Assembly (NCBI GenBank): GCA_002293125.1
Contig: DBCR01000018.1
Span: 10,602 to 74,601, forward strand
Reading direction: 5' to 3'
DNA length: 64,000 bases
Source: Opitutia bacterium UBA953
Lineage (GTDB): Bacteria > Verrucomicrobiota > Verrucomicrobiia > Opitutales > UBA953
Shown here in pieces: positions 1 through 9,864 of this stretch. The position numbers were made by a program, and so were the translations under genes. The notes under the pieces were generated by a model. The model ran no database searches. It had not been told where the DNA came from and saw nothing but the letters and a program-made list of their open reading frames with translations. Every line of letters starts with the position of its first letter. Within the stretch, counting starts at the first letter, position 1.

Positions 1-87
1 TTGGTCTATTTAAGGCACACCCCCTCTGGGGTGCATTCGGGTGTTGACGGAGGGGGGTCCTTTCTCATGTTCCCGCTTTCCCTCTTT

Positions 88-531
88 ATGAAGACCACGC
101 TAGCCAAGAACGTGCAGCTCAAGGACAAGACCTGGTATGTCGTTGACGCCAAGGACCAGATCCTCGGCCGCCTCGCTGTCAAAATCGCCAATATTCTCCG
201 CGGCCGCCACAAGCCCACCTACACCCCTCACGTCGACACCGGCGATTACGTCATCGTGATCAACGCCGACAAGGTCCGCCTCACGGGTTCCAAGGAAGAG
301 GACAAGACCTACATGTTCTACACCGGCTGGGTCGGCACCGCCTACCGCCGTACCGCCGCCGCCATGCGCGAGCGTCGCCCCGAGTTTATCGTCACCCATG
401 CCGTCAAGGGCATGCTCCCCAAGAACCGCCTCGCTAACGCCATGCTCCTGAAGCTGCGCGTCTATGCCGGCGATAAGCATGATCAGGCCGCTAACAACCC
501 TCAGCCTTTCCCCGAGGCTAAGAAGGTCTAA
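88..531 (+). CDS. rplM: 50S ribosomal protein L13
   Basis: ATG at 88 inside ORF 1..531. The translation MKTTLAKNVQLKDKTWYVVDAKDQILGRLAVKIANILRGRHKPTYTPHVDTGDYVIVINADKV is a typical L13 N-terminus, and rpsI follows. Confidence 0.95.
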   Translation: MKTTLAKNVQLKDKTWYVVDAKDQILGRLAVKIANILRGRHKPTYTPHVDTGDYVIVINADKVRLTGSKEEDKTYMFYTGWVGTAYRRTAAAMRERRPEFIVTHAVKGMLPKNRLANAMLLKLRVYAGDKHDQAANNPQPFPEAKKV

Positions 532-551
532 TCGCCCTTTCCCCTTTTTTA

Positions 552-950
552 ATGAGCGCCAAGTCCTCCGCTATCCTTGCCGTCGGCCGTCGTAAGACCG
601 CCTCGGCCCGCATCCGCCTTTCCCGCGGTACCGGTGTCATCGTCGTCAACGGCAAGCCCGTCGAAGAATACCTTTACACCGAGGCCCTGGTGAAGTCGGC
701 CACCCTCCCGATCACGATCGCCGGCCTCGACGGCCAGCTCGACGTCATCGTCCGCGTCATCGGCGGCGGCCCTAACGGCCAGGCTGGTGCCATCTCCCAT
801 GGTCTCGCCCGCGCGATCCAGAAGATGGACGCCACCCTCCGCGCTCCTCTCAAGAAAGAAGGTCTCCTTACCCGCGACGGTCGTATGCGCGAACGTAAGA
901 AGCCCGGCCGCCCTGGTGCCCGCAAGCGCTTCCAGTTCTCGAAGCGTTAA
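552..950 (+). CDS. rpsI: 30S ribosomal protein S9
   Basis: 132 aa ending in RERKKPGRPGARKRFQFSKR, the canonical S9 C-terminus. Conserved rplM-rpsI pair. Confidence 0.95.
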   Translation: MSAKSSAILAVGRRKTASARIRLSRGTGVIVVNGKPVEEYLYTEALVKSATLPITIAGLDGQLDVIVRVIGGGPNGQAGAISHGLARAIQKMDATLRAPLKKEGLLTRDGRMRERKKPGRPGARKRFQFSKR

Positions 951-976
951 TCCGCAAAGGGACAGGAAACCTCGAA

Positions 977-1002
977 GGCCCCGGCACCCCGGGGCCTTTT
1001 TG
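977..1002 (+). terminator. Intrinsic terminator after rpsI
   Basis: GGCCCCGG-CACC-CCGGGGCC hairpin followed by TTTTT. Confidence 0.7.
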
Positions 1003-1063
1003 TTGCCCAGTTCGCCGTGTCCCGCCATCAATTCGTCATTCAACCCACCTATTCTCTCAAGCC

Positions 1064-2113
1064 ATGTCCCAAAACCTGACCAAGGTCGGCATCGTCGGCG
1101 CCTCCGGGTACACCGGGGAGGAGCTCGTCCGCGTCCTGGCCCGCCACCCTCGGGTCAAGTTGGCCGCGGTCTGTTCCCGCACCTTGGCCGGTAAGTCCGT
1201 GGCCGACGAGATCCCGCGCCTCCGTGGTATCGTCGAGCCCGCCTTGGTCTTCTCCGCGTCCTCCCCCGAGGAGTGCGCGAAGTCCGACGTGGACGTCTGG
1301 TTCCTGGCGCTGCCCCATGGCGTCGCCGCCGAATACGCCGCGCCGCTCGTCGCGGCTGGCAAGCGGGTCCTCGATCTCTCCGCCGACTTCCGGCTGCGCG
1401 ACCTCGCGCTCTACAAAAAGTACTACGGCCATGACCATCCGGCCCCGGCGCTCGCCGCGCAGGCCCGTTACGTCATCCCGGAACTCCAGACGGATGAGGC
1501 GTGGAAATCCGCGAAGCTCATCGCTTGCCCGGGTTGCTACCCGACCAGCATCCAGGTGCCGCTCGTGCCGCTCCTCCGTGCGGGTCTGTTTAAACCCGAG
1601 CCGGGTCGGTTGATCATCAACTCTTACAGCGGCGTCTCCGGCGCGGGCAAGAAGGCCGACGTGGCTTTCCTGTTCTCTGAGCGTGACAGCTCGCTCAAGG
1701 CCTACGGCATCCCTGGTCACCGGCACATCGCCGAGATCGAGGAGCAGTTCGGCGTAGCCGCCGGCCAGCCGGTCGTGGTCCAGTTCAATCCGCACCTCGC
1801 CCCGATGCATCGGGGTATCGCTACGACCATCGTCGTGCCGGCCGCCGGCGTCACCGTCGCCCAGGTCGAAGCCGTGTGGCAGCAGGCCTACGCCGGCCGG
1901 CCGTTCGTGACCTTGCTCAAGTCGGGCGAATTCCCTGACACCGCCCACGTCGCGAACACCAACCGGGTCGCTTGCTCCGTCGTCGCCGACGCGCGCACAG
2001 GCAATCTCATCATCACTTCGGTGATCGATAATCTCCTGAAGGGCGCCGGCGGACAAGCGGTCCAGAACCTCAACCTGATGATGGGTTGGGACGAGTCCGA
2101 AGGCCTTCGCTGA
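1064..2113 (+). CDS. argC: N-acetyl-gamma-glutamyl-phosphate reductase
   Basis: N-terminal VGIVGASGYTGEEL dinucleotide-binding motif and active-site Cys context IACPGCYPTS. Sits in the arg operon. Confidence 0.95.
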   Translation: MSQNLTKVGIVGASGYTGEELVRVLARHPRVKLAAVCSRTLAGKSVADEIPRLRGIVEPALVFSASSPEECAKSDVDVWFLALPHGVAAEYAAPLVAAGKRVLDLSADFRLRDLALYKKYYGHDHPAPALAAQARYVIPELQTDEAWKSAKLIACPGCYPTSIQVPLVPLLRAGLFKPEPGRLIINSYSGVSGAGKKADVAFLFSERDSSLKAYGIPGHRHIAEIEEQFGVAAGQPVVVQFNPHLAPMHRGIATTIVVPAAGVTVAQVEAVWQQAYAGRPFVTLLKSGEFPDTAHVANTNRVACSVVADARTGNLIITSVIDNLLKGAGGQAVQNLNLMMGWDESEGLR

Positions 2114-2119
2114 TTTTCC

Positions 2120-3352
2120 ATGTCCATCGAGTTCACCAATGATTCGCCGGGCGTCTCCGACGTGCCCGGCTTCCGCGTCGGCGCCGCCGGCTGCGATATC
2201 CGTAACAAGGGTCTCGACCGCCTCGACCTGACGCTCGTCGTCGCCGACCACCCTTGCGCCGCCGCCGGCGTCTTCACGACGAACGACGTGAAGGCCGCTC
2301 CGGTGCGTTTCTGTCAGCAGGTGCTCGCCGTCTCCGCGGAAAAGATCCGTGGTATCGTCGGTAACAGTGGCAACGCCAACGCCTGCACGGCCGCCCAAGG
2401 CGATGCTGACGCCGTCGCGATGGCGAAGCTGGCCGCCGCCGCCGTGGGCGCTCCTTCCGACGCGTTCCTCGTCTGCTCCACCGGCCGAATCGGTGAGCTG
2501 CTCCCGATGGCCAAGGTCGCCGAAGGTATCAAGGTCTCGGCCTCCCGTCTTTCGCGCGATGCCGCCGAAGGCGTGCGCTCCGCCAACGCCATCCTCACCT
2601 CTGACACCCGTCCGAAGTCCGTCACCGCGCGCTTCGTCTGGGAAGGGAAGACCGTCACCATCGCCGGTATCGCCAAGGGCGCCGGCATGATCGAGCCCAA
2701 CATGGCCACGATGCTGGCCTTCGTCTGCACCGACGCGGCCGCTTCGCCCGCGGAGCTCAAGACGGCCCTGAAGTCCGCTTCGGACCAGTCCTTCAACTGC
2801 GTCAGCGTCGACGGTGATATGTCCACTAACGATACCGTTCTGCTGCTCGCTTCCGGCGTCTCGGGCGTGTCCGTAGGCGCCGCCTCCGCGCCCTCAGGCC
2901 TCCGCACTCTCTTTCAGGAAGCCCTCGATAAGGTCTGCTTCGCGCTGGCCGAGAAGATCGTCGGCGACGGCGAGAAGATCACCAAGGTCGTATCCGTGGA
3001 GATCGAAGGCGCCCGCACCCGCGCCGACGCCGAGAAGATCGCCCGCGCCATCGGCAACTCCCTCCTGGTGAAGTCATCCTGGTATGGCGAAGACCCGAAC
3101 TGGGGCCGCCTCGCCGATGCCGCCGGCTACGCCCGTACCGGCCTCGAGGAAGCCAAGCTGGACATCTATTACGACGACATCCCGGCCGTCCTCGGGGGCA
3201 AGCCCCTGCCCGAGAACAAGCCCCAGTGGAAGCAGGTCGTGAAGGCCGCCCGTTTCGCTGTTCGGCTCAAACTTAACCTCGGTGACGCAAAGTTCCGGCT
3301 CCTAGCCGCCGATCTCACCGACGGCTACGTGAACTACAACAAGAGCGAGTAA
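2120..3352 (+). CDS. argJ: Bifunctional ornithine acetyltransferase / N-acetylglutamate synthase
   Basis: [24 protein letters not shown] contains the ArgJ autoproteolytic A/T site. 410 aa. Confidence 0.95.
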   Translation: MSIEFTNDSPGVSDVPGFRVGAAGCDIRNKGLDRLDLTLVVADHPCAAAGVFTTNDVKAAPVRFCQQVLAVSAEKIRGIVGNSGNANACTAAQGDADAVAMAKLAAAAVGAPSDAFLVCSTGRIGELLPMAKVAEGIKVSASRLSRDAAEGVRSANAILTSDTRPKSVTARFVWEGKTVTIAGIAKGAGMIEPNMATMLAFVCTDAAASPAELKTALKSASDQSFNCVSVDGDMSTNDTVLLLASGVSGVSVGAASAPSGLRTLFQEALDKVCFALAEKIVGDGEKITKVVSVEIEGARTRADAEKIARAIGNSLLVKSSWYGEDPNWGRLADAAGYARTGLEEAKLDIYYDDIPAVLGGKPLPENKPQWKQVVKAARFAVRLKLNLGDAKFRLLAADLTDGYVNYNKSE

Positions 3353-3402
3353 GGTTTTCCGTTTACTCACCCGTCCGCAATCCCGACACTCCTTCCCGTA
3401 AG

Positions 3403-4284
3403 ATGAGCATTCCCGCCACGCAAAAAGCCGAGGTCCTTCTCGAGGCGCTTCCCTACATCCACAAGTTCCGTGGTTCCACCTTCGTGGTGAAGTACGGCGG
3501 TAGCTTCATGGATGATCCAAGTCCCGAAGGTCGCGACCGTGTCGCCACGGATATCGCCTTCCTGGCCGCCGTCGGAATCCAGGTCGTCGTCGTCCATGGT
3601 GGCGGTAAGGCCATCACCCGGGCCATGGATAAGGCCGGCATCAAATCCGAGTTCCGAGGCGGCATGCGCGTCACCGACGCCGCGACGGTCAAGATCGTCG
3701 AAGAAACCCTCAACATCGAGATCAACGGACAGATCTGCGAATCCCTCAAGGCGCGCGGTGCTAACCCGCTCGGTATGCCGGGCAACCACGTCAATCTTTG
3801 CGAGAAGCTCTTCGGTACCGATGATAAGGGCCAGCCGGTCGATATTGGCTTCGTTGGCGACATCAAGTTCGTGAAAACGAAGCTGATCAAGAAGGCGCTC
3901 GCCGATGGCCACCTGCCGGTCGTCTCGCCCATCGCGCTCGACGCCGATGACCAGGCTTACAATACGAACGCCGACGTCGCCGCCGCCGCGGTGGCCAATT
4001 CCCTCCGCGCCCGCCGCCTGATCTTCATGAGCGACGTCCCCGGCCTGCTCGCCGACGAGAAGGATCCGGCTTCGCTCATCACCACGCTGAAGGTCAGCGA
4101 AGTCGACGAACTCAAGCGCAAGGGTGTCATCGCTGGCGGGATGATCCCGAAGGTCGATAGCGCCGTGAAAGCCCTGAGAGAGGGCGTCCGCCGCGTGCAC
4201 TTCATCGACGGACGCGTCCCGCATGCGCTCCTGCTCGAGGTCTTCACCGATAAGGGTATCGGCACCGAAATCGTCCACGGTTAA
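3403..4284 (+). CDS. argB: Acetylglutamate kinase
   Basis: VVKYGGS and VVVHGGG amino-acid-kinase motifs. 293 aa. Confidence 0.95.
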   Translation: MSIPATQKAEVLLEALPYIHKFRGSTFVVKYGGSFMDDPSPEGRDRVATDIAFLAAVGIQVVVVHGGGKAITRAMDKAGIKSEFRGGMRVTDAATVKIVEETLNIEINGQICESLKARGANPLGMPGNHVNLCEKLFGTDDKGQPVDIGFVGDIKFVKTKLIKKALADGHLPVVSPIALDADDQAYNTNADVAAAAVANSLRARRLIFMSDVPGLLADEKDPASLITTLKVSEVDELKRKGVIAGGMIPKVDSAVKALREGVRRVHFIDGRVPHALLLEVFTDKGIGTEIVHG

Positions 4285-5504
4285 TGAACGGCCCCTCCAC
4301 AGATCCTGCCGCCGCGAACTACGCGGACAATGTCGCCCATAACTACGGCGCTCCGCCCATCACGCTCGTGAAGGGGCAGGGGACGTACGTCTGGGACGCC
4401 GCCGGTAAGCGCTATCTGGATTTCGCCTCCGGCATCGCTGTCAACGCTATCGGCCACGCCCACCCGTACTGGGTCAAGCGCGTCTCCGAGCAGGCCGGCA
4501 AGCTAGTCCACGTCAGCAATCTCTACCGGAATGAGCCGCAAGGCCAGCTGGCCCATGCCCTCGCGCAGCGTTGCGGCCCGGGTCGCGTCATCTTCTGCAA
4601 CAGCGGCGCCGAAGCTAACGAAGGCCTGCTCAAACTCGCCCGTCTCCATGGTCAGCGTAAGTCTGGCGCCGAAGGCGCCTGCATCGGCGTCATCGTCGCC
4701 GAGAAGGCTTTCCACGGACGCACGTTCGGCGGCATGTCCGCCACGCCGCAGGAGAAGATCCAGAAGGGCTTCCGTCCGTTGCTGTCCGGCTTCACCGCCG
4801 TCCCGCTCAACGACCTCGCCGCCTGGGACAAGGCCATCGACCCCCAGACTACGGCCGCCGTCCTGATCGAATCGATCCAGGGCGAAGGCGGCGTGAATCC
4901 CGCCGCACCGGAGTTCCTCCGCGGGGTCGAGAAGATCTGCCGCGAGCGCAACGTCCTGTTCCTGATCGACGAGATCCAGTGCGGCATCGGCCGGACCGGT
5001 AAGTTCTTCGCCTATGAGTTCGCGGGCGTGAAGCCCGACGCGATCGCCATGGCCAAGGGCCTCGGCGGCGGCTTCCCCATTGGCGCGATCTGGATGGCGC
5101 CTCCCCACGACGACCTCTTCCAGGCTGGCTCGCATGGTACTACCTTCGGCGGAGGTCCGCTGGCGGCCACCGCCGGTCTGGCCGTGCTCGAGATCCTCGA
5201 GTCCGAACAGCTTGTCGCCAAGGTCGCGGAGCGTTCCGTCGCTTGGCACGCTGCGCTCCGTGAGCTCGTCGCCCTCCGCCCTGACCTCGTCAAAGAAGTC
5301 CGCGGGGCCGGCTACATGGTCGGCGTTATCCTTCATATCGACCCCGTTCCGGTCGTCGCCGCCCTGCGTGTGGCTGGTGTCCTGACCGCTCCGGCGGGCG
5401 GGGTGGCCGTGCGTCTACTCCCTCCGCTCAACGCCTCTCCCGAGGAGCTGGCCGAGGCTGTCGCAATCCTGCGTCAGGTCCTTGGCGGATGGAAGACCGC
5501 CTGA
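4284..5504 (+). CDS. argD: Acetylornithine aminotransferase (class III PLP)
   Basis: DEIQCGIGRTGKFFAYE and AMAKGLGGGFP motifs. The start overlaps the argB stop (TAATG). Confidence 0.9.
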   Translation: MNGPSTDPAAANYADNVAHNYGAPPITLVKGQGTYVWDAAGKRYLDFASGIAVNAIGHAHPYWVKRVSEQAGKLVHVSNLYRNEPQGQLAHALAQRCGPGRVIFCNSGAEANEGLLKLARLHGQRKSGAEGACIGVIVAEKAFHGRTFGGMSATPQEKIQKGFRPLLSGFTAVPLNDLAAWDKAIDPQTTAAVLIESIQGEGGVNPAAPEFLRGVEKICRERNVLFLIDEIQCGIGRTGKFFAYEFAGVKPDAIAMAKGLGGGFPIGAIWMAPPHDDLFQAGSHGTTFGGGPLAATAGLAVLEILESEQLVAKVAERSVAWHAALRELVALRPDLVKEVRGAGYMVGVILHIDPVPVVAALRVAGVLTAPAGGVAVRLLPPLNASPEELAEAVAILRQVLGGWKTA

Positions 5505-5571
5505 GCGGTTTCCACCCTTATTTTCCTCTGTCCAAACAGGGCTTGAGGCCTATGTTCAAACGCTTTCCGAG

Positions 5572-6519
5572 ATGCGTCATTTCCTAAAGGAGACCGACCT
5601 GAGTCCGGCCGAAACGGCCCAGGTCTTCGCTGCGGCTTCGGCGCTCAAGGCCGGCCGGGGCAAAGCCGCCGGGGTCGCCCTCGCGCACCAGTCCTGGGGC
5701 CTGATGTTCTTCAAGAAGAGCACCCGTACCCGCGTCTCCTTCCAGGTCGGCGTCCATGAGCTCGGCGGCCAGCCGGTGATGCTCAACGCCGATGACCTCC
5801 AGATCTCCCGCGGTGAGACCGTCGCGGATACCGCGCGCGTCCTTTCGCGTTATCTCCATGGCATGGTCATCCGTTGCCACGAACACAGCCTCCTCGAGGA
5901 ATTCGCCCGCTGCGGCACGATGCCGATCGTCAACGCGCTGTCCGACTTCCTGCATCCGTGCCAGTTCATGACGGACATGTTCACGCTCGCCGAGCGCTAC
6001 GCTCCCGGCCGTCCGGAACAGTATGCCGCTTCGCTCAAGGGCAAGAAGGTGGCCTTCCTCGGCGACACCGCCTGCAACATGGCGAATTCCTTCGTGCTCG
6101 GCGGCGCCGCCCTCGGCGTCGAGGTCGCGCTCGCCGGCCCTGCCGGCTATGAGCCCGGCGCCGAGGTCCGCGCCCAGCTGAAGAAGGACGGCCTTGCCGA
6201 ATCCTTCACCTTCTCGACCGACCCCGCCGCCGCCGTCAAGGGCGCCGACATGGTCTATACCGACGTCTGGGTGAGCATGGGTATGGAAGCCGAGAAGGCC
6301 GAGCGCCTGCGCACCATGCAGCCTTATCAGGTCAACGCGCAGCTGATGTCCTTGGCCAAGCCGTCCGCCTACTTCATGCACTGCCTCCCGGCCCACCCCG
6401 GCGAGGAAGTCTCGGCCGAAGTGCTCGCGAGCAAGCAGAGCATCATCTTCGACCAGGCCGAGAACCGTCTGCACGTGCAGAAGGCCATCCTCGCGCACCT
6501 CGCCGCCCACCGCGGCTGA
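5572..6519 (+). CDS. argF: Ornithine carbamoyltransferase
   Basis: FKKSTRTR carbamoyl-phosphate motif and HCLP motif. I chose the ATG at 5572 (MRHFLKETDL) rather than the ORF-track start at 5482, which overlaps argD. Confidence 0.9.
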   Translation: MRHFLKETDLSPAETAQVFAAASALKAGRGKAAGVALAHQSWGLMFFKKSTRTRVSFQVGVHELGGQPVMLNADDLQISRGETVADTARVLSRYLHGMVIRCHEHSLLEEFARCGTMPIVNALSDFLHPCQFMTDMFTLAERYAPGRPEQYAASLKGKKVAFLGDTACNMANSFVLGGAALGVEVALAGPAGYEPGAEVRAQLKKDGLAESFTFSTDPAAAVKGADMVYTDVWVSMGMEAEKAERLRTMQPYQVNAQLMSLAKPSAYFMHCLPAHPGEEVSAEVLASKQSIIFDQAENRLHVQKAILAHLAAHRG

Positions 6520-6537
6520 TTTTCCCATACCACTAAC

Positions 6538-7794
6538 ATGAGCAAGAAGAAGAAAATCGTCCTGGCCTACTCCGGTGGCCTCGACACCTCCGTCCTCCTT
6601 TCCTGGATCAAGGACAAGCACGACGCCGAGATGATCGCGTTCTGCGCCGACATCGGTCAGGAGGACGAGCTCAAGGGCCTCAAGCAGAAGGCCATGAAGA
6701 CCGGTGCTTCCAAGCTGTATGTCGACGACCTCCAGGCCGAGTTCGCCCGCGACTTCATCTTCCCGATGATGCAGGCTGGCGCCATCTACGAAGGTCAGTA
6801 CTACCTCGGTACTTCCATCGCGCGCCCGCTGATCGCCAAGCGCATGGTCGAGATCGCCCGCAAGGAAGGCGCCACCGCCATCGCTCACGGTGCCACCGGC
6901 AAGGGTAACGACCAGGTCCGCTTCGAGCTTACCTGCGCCGCCCTCGCCCCTGACCTCGAGATCATCGCCCCTTGGCGCAACGAAGCCTTCCGCAAGGACT
7001 TCCCCGGCCGCGCCGAGATGATCGCTTATTGCGCCGACCACAAGATCCCGGTCGAAGCCAGCGCCAAGAAGCCTTACTCCTCCGACCGCAACCTCCTGCA
7101 CATCTCGTTCGAGGCTGGTATCCTCGAGGACCCGTGGATGGACGCTTTCCATCCTTCGAACAAGGCCATGTTCAAGCTCTCCGTTTCCCCGGAAGACGCT
7201 CCGAACAAGCCCGAGTATGCCGAACTTGAGTTCCGCCAGGGCGACTGCGTCGCCGTCAACGGCAAGAAGCTCGATCCCCTCGGCGTCATGCGCACCCTCA
7301 ATAAGATCGGCGGCCGCCATGGCGTCGGCCGCGTCGATATGGTTGAGAACCGGTTCGTCGGCATGAAGAGCCGCGGTGTCTACGAGACCCCAGGCGGTAC
7401 GATTCTGCACTTCGCCCACCGTCAGATCGAGTCCCTGACCATGGACCGCGAGGTGATGAACCTGCGCGACTCGCTCGTCCCGCGTTACGCTACGCTCGTC
7501 TACAACGGCTTCTGGTATGCTCCGGAGCGCCTCGCCCTCCAGGCCCTCATCACCGAGTCCCAGCGCAACGTCACCGGTACCGTCCGCGTGAAGCTCTACA
7601 AGGGCGGCGTCTATGTCGCCGGCCGCAAGAGCCCGCGTTCGCTCTACAATCCGCACATCGCCACGATGGAAGCGGATCCGACCAAGGCCTACAACCAGGA
7701 TGACGCCACCGGCTTCATCCGCCTCAACGGCCTGCGTCTGCGCGTGAACTCGAAGGTCAACGGCGTCGCGAACCTCAGCAAGACGGTCCGCTAA
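6538..7794 (+). CDS. argG: Argininosuccinate synthase
   Basis: [13 protein letters not shown]-pyrophosphatase motif. 418 aa, typical length. Confidence 0.95.
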   Translation: MSKKKKIVLAYSGGLDTSVLLSWIKDKHDAEMIAFCADIGQEDELKGLKQKAMKTGASKLYVDDLQAEFARDFIFPMMQAGAIYEGQYYLGTSIARPLIAKRMVEIARKEGATAIAHGATGKGNDQVRFELTCAALAPDLEIIAPWRNEAFRKDFPGRAEMIAYCADHKIPVEASAKKPYSSDRNLLHISFEAGILEDPWMDAFHPSNKAMFKLSVSPEDAPNKPEYAELEFRQGDCVAVNGKKLDPLGVMRTLNKIGGRHGVGRVDMVENRFVGMKSRGVYETPGGTILHFAHRQIESLTMDREVMNLRDSLVPRYATLVYNGFWYAPERLALQALITESQRNVTGTVRVKLYKGGVYVAGRKSPRSLYNPHIATMEADPTKAYNQDDATGFIRLNGLRLRVNSKVNGVANLSKTVR

Positions 7795-7814
7795 GGTCGG
7801 TCTGATCGATCAAG

Positions 7815-7852
7815 AAGAAGGGCGTCCCGGTTCGGGACGCCCTTCTTGTTTT
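7815..7852 (+). terminator. Intrinsic terminator after argG
   Basis: AAGAAGGGCGTCCCG-GTT-CGGGACGCCCTTCTT hairpin followed by GTTTT. Confidence 0.7.
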
Positions 7853-7856
7853 AAAC

Positions 7857-7931
7857 TGGAGGCGCGGGTCGGAATTGAACCGACGCATGGGGCTTTTGCA
7901 GAGCCCGGCCTTACCACTTGGCTACCGCGCC
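7857..7931 (-). tRNA. tRNA-Cys (GCA)
   Basis: The reverse complement reads GGCGCGGTAGCCAAGTGGTAAGGCCGGGCTCTGCAAAAGCCCCATGCGTCGGTTCAATTCCGACCCGCGCCTCCA. It has a 7-bp acceptor, anticodon loop CTGCAAA, TTCAAAT T-loop and an encoded CCA. Confidence 0.9.
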
Positions 7932-8031
7932 TGAAGACTGACAGGACCGTAAAATGCCTCCTCGGGGAGGGCGTTTCAAGGGTTTTGTGCAAGGGCTTCC
8001 CTTTGGGCGTTTTCTCGCCTATTAACGAGCC

Positions 8032-8532
8032 ATGAGCCAAGCCCAGCCAGCCTTCCGCGTCGGTCTCGGGTATGACATCCATCCGCTGGTCGCCGGCCGG
8101 CCGTGCATCCTGGGCGGGGTGAACATCCCGTCGCCGGTCGGGCCGGACGGGCATTCGGATGCCGATGTGCTGCTGCATGCCGTCGCCGACGCGATCCTGG
8201 GCGCCGCCGGCCTGCGTGACATCGGTCATTATTTCCCGAACACCGAAGCCTCCCTCAAAGGATTGGATTCCGCCGTGATCGTGAAGAAGGCCGTCGCCGA
8301 GGCCAAGGCGCAGGGTGGCTGGGTGGTCGGCAATGTTGATATCGTGATCATCGGGGAGCGCCCGAAGGTCATGGCGCACGTCGAAGCGATGAAGGTCAAC
8401 GTGGCCGGAATCATCGGAATTTCCCCTTCCCAGGTGGGCATCAAGGCCACGACCAACGAAGGGATGGACTCGATCGGGCAGGGGAAAGCCCTCGCCGTTC
8501 AGGCGATTTGCCTCGTTTTTAAAGGTGTTTAG
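8032..8532 (+). CDS. ispF: 2-C-methyl-D-erythritol 2,4-cyclodiphosphate synthase
   Basis: FRVGLGYDIHPL and GHSDADVLLHAVADA metal-binding motifs. Confidence 0.95.
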   Translation: MSQAQPAFRVGLGYDIHPLVAGRPCILGGVNIPSPVGPDGHSDADVLLHAVADAILGAAGLRDIGHYFPNTEASLKGLDSAVIVKKAVAEAKAQGGWVVGNVDIVIIGERPKVMAHVEAMKVNVAGIIGISPSQVGIKATTNEGMDSIGQGKALAVQAICLVFKGV

Positions 8533-8621
8533 GGGCGTTTTAAGGCCATCTTAAGGTTCGGGCTTGTGTTTTTGGCCTTAAAATCGAATAGTGAACGACC
8601 CTTAAGTACGAGGGGCACCCT

Positions 8622-9056
8622 ATGGAAAAGACTCTCATCATCCTTAAGCCCGACTGCATGGAGCGCCGTCTCTGCGGCACCGTCCTCGCCCGCTTCGAAG
8701 CCGCCGGCTTCGAAATCCAGGCCAGCAAGATGACCCGCCTCACGTCGGCTCAGCTTCGCGAGCATTACGCCCACGTCGCCGACAAGCCCTTCTACCCGGA
8801 GATCGAGGCCTTCATGTCCTCCCGTCCGGTGATCGTCGCCGTCCTCGTCGGCGACAACGTCATCTCCCGCGTCCGCGAACTTCTCGGACCGACTAATTCT
8901 AAAGTGGCTCCTAAGGGCACCATCCGTGGCGATTTCGGCACCGAGATGATGCGTAATGTTTGCCACGCCTCCGACAGCCCCGCTGCCGCGGATGCCGAGG
9001 TTCGCCGTTTCTTCCGTCCTGACGAAGTTTTCGCCCCCGAGGCGAGCCGAGTCTAA
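8622..9056 (+). CDS. ndk: Nucleoside diphosphate kinase
   Basis: MEKTLIILKPD N-terminus, GTIRGDFG, and active-site His context RNVCHASDS. Confidence 0.95.
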   Translation: MEKTLIILKPDCMERRLCGTVLARFEAAGFEIQASKMTRLTSAQLREHYAHVADKPFYPEIEAFMSSRPVIVAVLVGDNVISRVRELLGPTNSKVAPKGTIRGDFGTEMMRNVCHASDSPAAADAEVRRFFRPDEVFAPEASRV

Positions 9057-9072
9057 GCGAAAGCATAGCAAA

Positions 9073-9110
9073 ATAAGCCCCGCGGTTCGCGCTGCGGGGC
9101 TTATCTGTTT
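9073..9110 (+). terminator. Intrinsic terminator after ndk
   Basis: ATAAGCCCCGC-(10 nt)-GCGGGGCTTAT hairpin followed by a T-rich tail (CTGTTT). Confidence 0.65.
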
Positions 9111-9143
9111 GGCAGGTGAACGACCGGCGGCCATTTTGCCTGC

Positions 9144-9821
9144 ATGGAGTTTCATTGCCCAGGTTGCGGCCTACCGATCGAGGTGGCCGACCTCGCGCCG
9201 GCCCAGGGTGTCGCGGTCTGTCGCTTCTGTGAGAAGCCTTATCCTTTGGCGGCGTGCCAGCAGGCCGTACCGTATGAGCAGCGCAACATCGTGCCAGAGC
9301 AGGTGCTGCCGAAAGGCGTGGTGCTCGCGGAGACCATGGACGGCTTCCGGCTGACGCTTTCGACCCGCAGTTGCATCGCCTTCTTCCTGGTCCCCTTCAC
9401 CATGTTTTGGGCGGGCGGATCTGTCGGCGGCATCTACGGCATGCAGATCGCCAAGGGAGAGTTTGATCTCGTGATGTCGCTTTTCGGTCTGCCGTTCCTC
9501 GCCGGCTCGGTCCTCCTCATCGCCATCACCGTCATGGCCGTAGCCGGAAGCTGCGTGGTCGAATTGGCCGGAGGTAAGTTCTCGATTCGTACGGGAGCCT
9601 TAGGGGTCTACCGGACCCAATCAGCCGCCTGGGACGACGTGGTTTCCTGCCGCCTCACCGAGGCGACGAGTCGCGGGCGCAGCTCTTACACGACCACCTA
9701 TCAGGTCGAGGTCGAGGTCGAGGGTGGCAAGCCGCTCAGGTTCGGGGGCACCGGGGCCGAGCGCGAGACGGTGCTGTGGCTCAGTCGCTTCTTGGCCGGC
9801 CGAATCCAGCGCGGGCGATAA
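9144..9821 (+). CDS. Hypothetical membrane protein with N-terminal zinc-ribbon
   Basis: CPGCG...CRFC four-Cys ribbon at the N-terminus. Two hydrophobic helices (IAFFLVPFTMFWAGGSVGGIY and LFGLPFLAGSVLLIAITVMAVAG) precede a soluble C-terminal domain. I recognise no family. Confidence 0.55.
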   Translation: MEFHCPGCGLPIEVADLAPAQGVAVCRFCEKPYPLAACQQAVPYEQRNIVPEQVLPKGVVLAETMDGFRLTLSTRSCIAFFLVPFTMFWAGGSVGGIYGMQIAKGEFDLVMSLFGLPFLAGSVLLIAITVMAVAGSCVVELAGGKFSIRTGALGVYRTQSAAWDDVVSCRLTEATSRGRSSYTTTYQVEVEVEGGKPLRFGGTGAERETVLWLSRFLAGRIQRGR

Positions 9822-9864
9822 TTCCCCGTTGCCCTTGGGCGGGTGATTTGGGCAAAGTCGGCCT

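Noticed and set aside
1-87. Possible promoter (TTGACG at 44-49) or r-protein leader upstream of rplM.
   Set aside because: No convincing -10 element lies at the proper spacing, and the window edge truncates the region. It cannot be supported from sequence alone.
1049-2398. 449-aa minus-strand ORF antisense to argC/argJ. Many similar long antisense or off-frame ORFs exist: 5584-7656 (-), 9781-11598 (-), 12572-14161 (-), 17045-18331 (-), 19848-21131 (-), 30429-32423 (+), 32119-33687 (-), 34930-36240 (+), 38231-39562 (+), 41217-42413 (-), 45625-47019 (+), 50020-52089 (+).
   Set aside because: Each lies opposite or out of frame to a gene with unmistakable conserved motifs. Their translations are Arg/Gly/Asp/Ala/Val-rich low-information sequence with no motifs. 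Long stop-free antisense frames are expected in GC-rich DNA.
5482-5571. Upstream extension of argF (MADGRPPERF...) overlapping the end of argD. Similar upstream extensions affect ftsH (12551), pilT (17024), the thioesterase (25625), exbB (44688), the giant TPR gene (49032), rlmN (51992), rpe (54120), the LptE-like gene (54659), the BamD-like gene (55657) and the gmhB-like gene (57730).
   Set aside because: In each case an internal ATG immediately precedes the conserved N-terminus or signal peptide. The extension overlaps the neighbouring gene or lacks homology-like features.
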